Shown: positions 58,436 through 64,000 of the stretch, piece after piece
Numbering within the stretch: the first letter of the stretch is position 1
Layout of the letters: the number at the start of each line of letters is the position of its first letter
Source of the DNA: an uncultured virus (IMG/VR IMGVR_UViG_3300012984_000011)
Lineage: Duplodnaviria; Heunggongvirae; Uroviricota; Caudoviricetes
Length of the DNA stretch: 64,000 bases
Virus record (IMG/VR): IMGVR_UViG_3300012984_000011
Direction: 5' to 3' (one strand)
The notes under the pieces: generated by a model
The model's input: only the letters and a program-made list of their open reading frames with translations
Database searches by the model: none
Told to the model about the DNA's origin: nothing
Program-made: the position numbers and the translations under genes

Positions 58436-58689
58436 TCTTCTTCGCTGAGCCGACGGATATCCCGACGGTTGTTGGTCCAAAGCAAACCCCAGATCAACAT
58501 CACGTAGGGGATGGGGGCCAACAGTGGCCAGAACCAGTAAGCTCCTATCAGCAAAACTGACCCAAGAATCCCCAACCAGATCGACATGGTCCAATTGTCG
58601 GCTCGTATTTCGGCCAACTCGGCGGTCCGCTCGGCTCGCCTGACGGCGTCTAGCGCCTCTATGACTTTTGGGTCCAGTGGTTTGGGCAT
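58432..58689 (-). CDS. membrane protein
   Basis: 2 TM segments; start MPKPLDP. Confidence 0.65.
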   Translation of the reverse strand: MPKPLDPKVIEALDAVRRAERTAELAEIRADNWTMSIWLGILGSVLLIGAYWFWPLLAPIPYVMLIWGLLWTNNRRDIRRLSEEE

Positions 58690-59204
58690 CAGATGTGAAG
58701 CGCCTTCTGGAGGGGTTCCCAACCCATCTGGGTGTAGAGGTAGCAAGTTAGTGCGAACGATTTACTTTGACGCAAGTTTGGTAGCCCAAATTTCAGAAAG
58801 GATAAGGCCCGTCGCCACTCATAGTAGACACCTAGATCCTTTATCGAGAATCTCATCGCATTATTTCGGCCTTCCATCAACCAAGCATCTGTTGGATTCG
58901 GTGGATTGTACTCAAGCAACCCTAGACGTTGATGGGACACGTTCTCATGGGCTATGTGGACCTTCTGACGGCCATCAAAGGTTTCAGAGTGTTGCAGGAT
59001 CACCGGCCAGATCTTGGAATCGGCCGTCTCTTGACGAAGATTGAAATTCCTTTCAGCCAAAGCCTCTGAGTGAAGGATTCGTTGAAGCAGGACCTCTTTG
59101 TAGAGGCCGCCATGTAACGGAATAGCGTTGGCAAACGCCAATTTGGGAGCCAACAGCACGAACCCCACAGCCGGCACCAGACTTAGAAAATCACGTCTTT
59201 CCAT
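58689..59204 (-). CDS. putative Tat-exported protein
   Basis: MERRDFL...AFA; minus-strand class B motif (+15). Confidence 0.75.
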   Translation of the reverse strand: MERRDFLSLVPAVGFVLLAPKLAFANAIPLHGGLYKEVLLQRILHSEALAERNFNLRQETADSKIWPVILQHSETFDGRQKVHIAHENVSHQRLGLLEYNPPNPTDAWLMEGRNNAMRFSIKDLGVYYEWRRALSFLKFGLPNLRQSKSFALTCYLYTQMGWEPLQKALHI

Positions 59205-59238
59205 CCATGTCTCTACACCGCTGGTGTATTGACCCCCA

Positions 59239-60213
59239 ATGACCATCAATACCAAATTCTGGGGCGTCCGAGGTTCGGTCCCCACTCCGTTGACCCCCGC
59301 TCAGGTTAGCGACAAGGTCAGACGGGCCTTTGAGGCAGCTGAGCGTGGTGACAGCTTCGATATGCTGTCTTTTGAAGAATCGAGCACCTACGGAGGTAAC
59401 ACCACCTGTGTGGAGGTTCAGGCAGGTGGACAGCTATTCATCCTCGACATGGGGACCGGCCTCAGAGAGCTGGGCAATCATCAGATGAAACAGCTGATGG
59501 TAACAAAAACCCTCAAAGGAACGATCCTCCAATCTCACGTCCATTGGGATCACATCCAAGGTATGCCCTTCTGGAAGCCCCTATACTTGCCTCGGAAGCG
59601 TTTTCAATGTGACTTTCAGTTCTTTGGTGGCAAGAGCTGGGACAGCGAGCTGGATCGGGTATACCGAGGTCAAATGAATCCCCCAGTTTCTCCAGTAAAT
59701 CTGGAAGAACTTCAACAGATAGCCATGCATATGACTTCCAATAGCGTCTATGATGGCTGGATACGTATTTTCAACGACTCTAAGGATCTGGCCGATCCTG
59801 GCGTCACGGTGATGGCTAGAAAACTGTTTCACCCTCAAGACACGTTTGGCTACCGGATCGAACATCAGGGGCAAAGCATCGCCTTTACGACCGACCATGA
59901 ACCTTACCGCGGCGGCACTCCTGTTGGATTACTTGAGTTGGTGCAGGGAGTTGACGTGTGGATCACCGATTGTCAATACGATCTACACACCTATCAGGGG
60001 AAGAAGAACGGACCCGCCAAATATGGTTGGGGGCATTCATTCCCTGAGTACATCTCTGAAGTGGCGGCCGAGGCCAAGCCCAAGAAGGTGGTGACCACTC
60101 ATCACGATCCAGAGGCGGACGATTTTCAGATCCGGATCATCGCTCAACAGGTGCAAGACCTCTGTGGGATCGAAACCCTGGCCGCCTATGAGGGGTTGGA
60201 GATAACAGTTTGA
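59239..60213 (+). CDS. MBL-fold metallo-hydrolase (phosphodiesterase/RNase Z-like)
   Basis: GGNTTC, DMGTG, HVHWDH, HP, TDHE, GHS, HHDP. Confidence 0.9.
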   Translation: MTINTKFWGVRGSVPTPLTPAQVSDKVRRAFEAAERGDSFDMLSFEESSTYGGNTTCVEVQAGGQLFILDMGTGLRELGNHQMKQLMVTKTLKGTILQSHVHWDHIQGMPFWKPLYLPRKRFQCDFQFFGGKSWDSELDRVYRGQMNPPVSPVNLEELQQIAMHMTSNSVYDGWIRIFNDSKDLADPGVTVMARKLFHPQDTFGYRIEHQGQSIAFTTDHEPYRGGTPVGLLELVQGVDVWITDCQYDLHTYQGKKNGPAKYGWGHSFPEYISEVAAEAKPKKVVTTHHDPEADDFQIRIIAQQVQDLCGIETLAAYEGLEITV

Positions 60214-60449
60214 CGTTCGATCAAGCCCTTCGAACTGGGGGGCTAGCTAGCCGAGCCGATTGGACTTGTGTGCTGCACATGATGACGGTCATTTGCTTGG
60301 ATGACGAGGTGACCCAAATATTCAGGGAATGGCCCAGTGGTCATGTCAGTCTCTACGAGCCTACTCATCACGATGTGGTGGCAGGTGATTGGGTGACGGC
60401 CGATTTCCCTGACCAGCTACCAGGAAAAGGTTATGTCCGAAAAGTGTAG
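60210..60449 (+). CDS. hypothetical protein
   Basis: overlap; D..A.DW C-terminal motif. Confidence 0.6.
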   Translation: MTFDQALRTGGLASRADWTCVLHMMTVICLDDEVTQIFREWPSGHVSLYEPTHHDVVAGDWVTADFPDQLPGKGYVRKV

Positions 60450-60945
60450 AGTTTGCGCCAGTATAGCAGCATTTTGTGACCCCAATATTGAGGTTGCAGA
60501 AGGGGTATGGGACGGTGAACACACTTGTGGCTTGTCCGCCGAAGTGCCTGTAGAGGCGACAATTGAGTCACCTGTCGAACAAACCGACGAAATCGTCATG
60601 TATGTGGTGGTCCGAACCGACCTGCAGATGAGCCCAGGCAAGCAAGGAGCCCAGATCGGCCATGCGGTTCACCTAGGTCTCAAGGGACCTTTGGACAATG
60701 CTGAGCATGGGAGATGGGAAGACGATTGGAATCGCCACAGTTACCCCAAGATCATGCTCCGAGCCGGCAGCGAGAAAGACCTTAGGAAGCTGCATGGGCG
60801 ATTGCTTGAGGGTGGGTATCATGCCGCTCTAGTGATCGATGAAGGGAGAACCGAGCTAACTCCTGGATCCGTCACCGCAGTGGGGATGATGCCGATGCCT
60901 AGATCGATCGCTCGTCAGTTCGTCAAACGCTTTCAGAAGCTATAA
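60433..60945 (+). CDS. pth2: peptidyl-tRNA hydrolase, PTH2 family
   Basis: MYVVVRTDLQMSPGKQGAQIGHA, PKI, DEGRTE. Confidence 0.88.
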   Translation: MSEKCRVCASIAAFCDPNIEVAEGVWDGEHTCGLSAEVPVEATIESPVEQTDEIVMYVVVRTDLQMSPGKQGAQIGHAVHLGLKGPLDNAEHGRWEDDWNRHSYPKIMLRAGSEKDLRKLHGRLLEGGYHAALVIDEGRTELTPGSVTAVGMMPMPRSIARQFVKRFQKL

Positions 60946-61215
60946 ATCCTCAGGTAGTTTGGACATGGCACATTTCCAGCAATACATGTAGGTGATGCGT
61001 CGACTGTAATTGGCTCCGCCTTCCGTATTGCTGCATTCAGGATCGGCACAAGGCCATGACAGGTCATTTTTGGCAAACACATCATCTTCTTCATTACAGC
61101 GTGGACAAGATCGACGCTCTCCTGTGAACTCGTGTAGGCATCTACACACCCAATGGTCGATCTTGATCCAGCTGGTAGGGCCGACGCATTCATTGGGGTC
61201 AGGGATTCGCCACAT
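60940..61215 (-). CDS. Zn-finger protein
   Basis: several CxxC; minus arm of the 40-bp palindrome. Confidence 0.65.
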   Translation of the reverse strand: MWRIPDPNECVGPTSWIKIDHWVCRCLHEFTGERRSCPRCNEEDDVFAKNDLSWPCADPECSNTEGGANYSRRITYMYCWKCAMSKLPEDL

Positions 61216-61217
61216 TT

Positions 61218-61257
61218 TGATGATCAATACACCGAAATTTCGGTGTATTGATCATCA
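61218..61257. promoter_or_regulatory. 40-bp perfect palindrome, divergent class B promoter pair
   Basis: TGATGATCAATACACCGAAA|TTTCGGTGTATTGATCATCA. Confidence 0.85.
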
Positions 61258-61613
61258 TGGCAATTGGTCCGTATCTAAATCCTTTGGCTAGATTTTACGG
61301 TGGAGCAGCTCAGACCGTCGCCCATCAAGGAGTTGTCGGCGCTACCGTCAGTGGTCATCAGGTGACGATCCCAGGAGACCCTTGTCCTTGGTGTAGCGGC
61401 AAAGAATACAAGATTGTCAGCCAAGAGAAATTCTGTGCAGGTTGCAACCTCTGTCATGAGGATGCGGTCTACCGTCGTGAGAACGTGGCCCGTCGAGACG
61501 GCAACAACAGCTTGCTTTGCCAGGGTTGTGAACAACCGTTCCCTTATGCGGAACCAGACCGTAATGGCCGGTTCCGGTGCTTCGGCTGCAAGCTATCAGA
61601 AACTCTCGAATAG
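61257..61613 (+). CDS. Zn-finger protein
   Basis: four CxxC; class B motif at 61242 (+15). Confidence 0.7.
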   Translation: MAIGPYLNPLARFYGGAAQTVAHQGVVGATVSGHQVTIPGDPCPWCSGKEYKIVSQEKFCAGCNLCHEDAVYRRENVARRDGNNSLLCQGCEQPFPYAEPDRNGRFRCFGCKLSETLE

Positions 61614-61850
61614 GCGTTCAGAGAAGCTAGGACGGTAGACCTCTTCTCTGGTGGGGAGTCTCAGTTCTGAGTACCCCCACGAAAACTTGATATTCTGATG
61701 ACTCATAGGACGAACCTTGTAGCCGCTATTTAGGCGGTGGACCGAGACTATTTCTCCCAGAACAGAGAACTCACTCTTCTCAAATTCTGGACAAGTCACC
61801 ACCACCTGATCTCCTACCTTTAGGTTCCGCAGATTAGTTGGGGCTGACAT
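61596..61850 (-). CDS. SH3-like hypothetical protein
   Basis: LKVGDQVVV...GEI...YKV. Confidence 0.7.
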   Translation of the reverse strand: MSAPTNLRNLKVGDQVVVTCPEFEKSEFSVLGEIVSVHRLNSGYKVRPMSHQNIKFSWGYSELRLPTREEVYRPSFSERLFESF

Positions 61851-61890
61851 CTAGGATTTCCAGTATCTAAAAACCGTGATATGATGGGGG

Positions 61891-62100
61891 ATGGATCTAC
61901 GAGACCTTGAGCCTGGTGAGACGTTTGAAGGGATGCCGTTGGTCTGCTGCCCCATCTGCAGCAAAACTGCAATCCACCTAGGCCTGGTGATGGATGACAG
62001 CGGCCTTTGTTACACCCAGCAGATATACGCTCACGTGGTGTCTGTGGTGGAAGAAAAGGCCGAGATCTTAGAGGCCTGCGAACTTAAGCCGACGGATTGA
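61891..62100 (+). CDS. hypothetical protein
   Basis: CPIC...H. Confidence 0.6.
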   Translation: MDLRDLEPGETFEGMPLVCCPICSKTAIHLGLVMDDSGLCYTQQIYAHVVSVVEEKAEILEACELKPTD

Positions 62101-62392
62101 GCCGTTCCGCCTCATCTTCAGCGCCGGACTGGAAAGCTTTCAGCAAGGCAATCACCACCACATCTTCGGGGCGATAGATGGTATCACAATCCAAACAAGT
62201 GTTGCGTCCGTTCTGGTAATGAGGAATTGACGCTTTTGACCCGCATTCTGGACACTGTCTAACCAACAATCCACGGGCGAATTGACGCAACTCCTCAGTA
62301 CCGTACTCGGTTACCTTCTTCACACCTGGTTCCGGTTTGAGGAAAGACAGCTCGGCCAAGATGTTAGTCTGGTTCTGATAACTCCGGCTCAT
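62084..62392 (-). CDS. Zn-ribbon protein
   Basis: CPECG...CLDC; start MSRSYQ. Confidence 0.6.
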   Translation of the reverse strand: MSRSYQNQTNILAELSFLKPEPGVKKVTEYGTEELRQFARGLLVRQCPECGSKASIPHYQNGRNTCLDCDTIYRPEDVVVIALLKAFQSGAEDEAERLNPSA

Positions 62393-63035
62393 CTGGTATC
62401 TTTTCTCCCGATCCCCATGCTTGGCTGACCGCCTGTTGTTGTTCTTCCGTGACAGCTTCGAGGAAGGGTACCATCTGGAACGGTGCCACACGGTCGCATA
62501 GCCCTACACTGCACCACTTATGGGCCTCACAGCGGGCCTCCGACCGCAAGTTGCCACCTAAGCCCATCAGACGGTAGATGGCTGGTTCCTGACAGTTCTC
62601 TCGCCAGTTACATCCGCCCTCAAGCAATCGTTTGATGTCGCCCCCAGCCTTTTCCCAAAGACGGTGGTGGTAGAGATCCAAGTCACTCTCGTACGTCTCG
62701 ATTCCCCCGCCTATGTGGCAAAAAACCTCGGGAGGGATCTTGAAGGCCGTGAAGAAGTTTCTCAGGCATTTCTCGCATAGGGAGAAACGGTAGCGGGTGC
62801 AGTCCATGAGGTGGAAGGAGCTATAGCCGCCTGAGACGGTGGCGTCGGTCAATCCGCTAGGCCACTGACCCTCACTGTCCTCACACAACCCTCCACCACA
62901 TTGGTTGCACACATATGAGGCTGGATTTCGGACGATTCCAGTCCCTTCGCAGGACTTGCAATTTAGCGCCATAGTCCAGATGGCTCTGGATCTGTAGTCG
63001 GCACATCTTTGACAGGGTATGTGTTGATCGGTCAT
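62364..63035 (-). CDS. Cys-rich Zn-finger protein
   Basis: CNQCG...SGGYSS...FSLCEKC. Confidence 0.75.
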   Translation of the reverse strand: MTDQHIPCQRCADYRSRAIWTMALNCKSCEGTGIVRNPASYVCNQCGGGLCEDSEGQWPSGLTDATVSGGYSSFHLMDCTRYRFSLCEKCLRNFFTAFKIPPEVFCHIGGGIETYESDLDLYHHRLWEKAGGDIKRLLEGGCNWRENCQEPAIYRLMGLGGNLRSEARCEAHKWCSVGLCDRVAPFQMVPFLEAVTEEQQQAVSQAWGSGEKIPDEPELSEPD

Positions 63036-63274
63036 GTGGGATTACGGATTCGTCGGGCAGGTACCATCAGCACTTTGACTTTACAGGCTCGGGGGTGATT
63101 GGGGTCACAATCGCCACCCAACATTCGATCAATACACCGTTCCGCCCCATCAGGCAGATCAACCAAATGGCTACCAGGCCAATCCTCGTGTGGTCTTAGA
63201 TAGGTAGCCGGTTCCCACTTGGCGGCTGGCTGACGCTGCACTTGGACCAATTGTCCTGGCGTGAAGGATTTCAT
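63032..63274 (-). CDS. hypothetical protein
   Basis: ATGA overlap. Confidence 0.65.
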   Translation of the reverse strand: MKSFTPGQLVQVQRQPAAKWEPATYLRPHEDWPGSHLVDLPDGAERCIDRMLGGDCDPNHPRACKVKVLMVPARRIRNPT

Positions 63275-63561
63275 CGTTTTTGACGTTTGCAGCGATGGTA
63301 TTCATACATCTGCTGCATTGGCGCAAATCTAGATTCGTCTGAATCATTCAGGGATTGGAGAAGGTTGGCCAACACCATTTTGGCGATCGTTAGTGAGATC
63401 TCATCTGCCTTCGGATCCATCAAAACTTCAAGTGAACGAGCGTAGGCAAACGAAGCATCACCTCGAATGAAGGTCCCACACCAGTCTCCAAGAAACTTCA
63501 TTGGCCCTGTCTCGGGACGGGCTTTGGAATTCAATTCTTCCGTATCGTCCTCATCACTCAC
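63271..63561 (-). CDS. hypothetical protein
   Basis: ETGPM.F..DW.G.FIRGD motif. Confidence 0.7.
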   Translation of the reverse strand: MSDEDDTEELNSKARPETGPMKFLGDWCGTFIRGDASFAYARSLEVLMDPKADEISLTIAKMVLANLLQSLNDSDESRFAPMQQMYEYHRCKRQKR

Positions 63562-63983
63562 GGACGTCGAACCTCGATGTATTGATGCTTGTTGCCTGTG
63601 TGGAGGTTGTAATTAAGATCTCGTTCATCGGTCTCTGGGTTGTAGCTGACCCATAAATTGTCCGACAGATCGGTGACTCGGATGCAGGCTGCCAAGATAT
63701 CAGGTTCGAACATCAGCATCCTCTCAAGCGCTTCCGCCATCTCAGGGCCGTGCGAGATACGGTCTTGTTTCTGACGTTCAGCAAAAATCCGAAACGAATC
63801 GGCCATCGCTTGAAAGTCTTCCCGTCTCAGCATCGCGTAATCGTAAGTCCACCAGAGGGTATTGTGTTCCCACCACTCTAGCTTTAGGGAGCCGTCCTCT
63901 ACCACTTGAAATAGGGTTTCCCATGGGTCCCATTTTCCTGGTAGAGGACGTAACCCGTAACGTTCGACCAATGTGGTCCACAC
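63558..63983 (-). CDS. hypothetical protein (may start upstream or beyond the window edge)
   Basis: 141-aa ORF, overlap with next gene. Confidence 0.65.
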   Translation of the reverse strand: MWTTLVERYGLRPLPGKWDPWETLFQVVEDGSLKLEWWEHNTLWWTYDYAMLRREDFQAMADSFRIFAERQKQDRISHGPEMAEALERMLMFEPDILAACIRVTDLSDNLWVSYNPETDERDLNYNLHTGNKHQYIEVRRP

Positions 63984-64000
63984 AACGGGGCCAGTACCAT

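Noticed and set aside
3879..61257. GGTGTA as an ordinary Shine-Dalgarno (GGTG part of AGGAGGTG)
   Set aside because: Only 4 bp pair with the anti-SD, the conserved TA does not pair, and the spacing is too long for that register
1..64000. Stop-codon reassignment as the cause of the many short ORFs
   Set aside because: Recognisable enzymes and the 7.3-kb gene are intact in the standard code, and TAA, TAG and TGA all end genes at coupled junctions

Overview
This window looks like a 64-kb piece of a large (jumbo-like) tailed dsDNA phage genome. It holds about 145 tightly packed, mostly + strand, mostly small hypothetical ORFs, often joined by ATGA/TGATG overlaps, and one minus-strand structural module: a 2446-aa repeat/collagen tail-fibre-like protein plus a 391-aa partner. 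Recognisable enzymes are two paralogous AAA+ ATPases, a P-loop kinase, two SLOG-like proteins, a beta-class DNA methyltransferase, a XerC/D-type tyrosine recombinase, an MBL-fold hydrolase and a PTH2 peptidyl-tRNA hydrolase. Several lipoproteins and Tat-signal proteins suggest a diderm host, possibly a myxobacterium (inference). The main hidden structure is a two-class promoter code that appears to drive leaderless mRNAs. Class A, TTAA(C/G)-N15/16-CCGTTCTA-like, has about 22 copies with ATG mostly 34-35 nt after the first T. Class B, GGTGTA, has about 30 copies with the start codon mostly 15-16 nt after the first G, often as divergent inverted pairs. These motifs correct many ORF starts. They also expose a candidate structured ncRNA (about 3070-3240), a structured leader (135-195) and a frameshifted gene (44468-44801). 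Other signals are a GC-skew switch or origin candidate at about 4.6-4.9 kb, a 29-bp recombinase-site-like palindrome, and a shared C-terminal peptide on unrelated proteins. All calls come from reading the sequence by eye; no database searches or folding programs were run.
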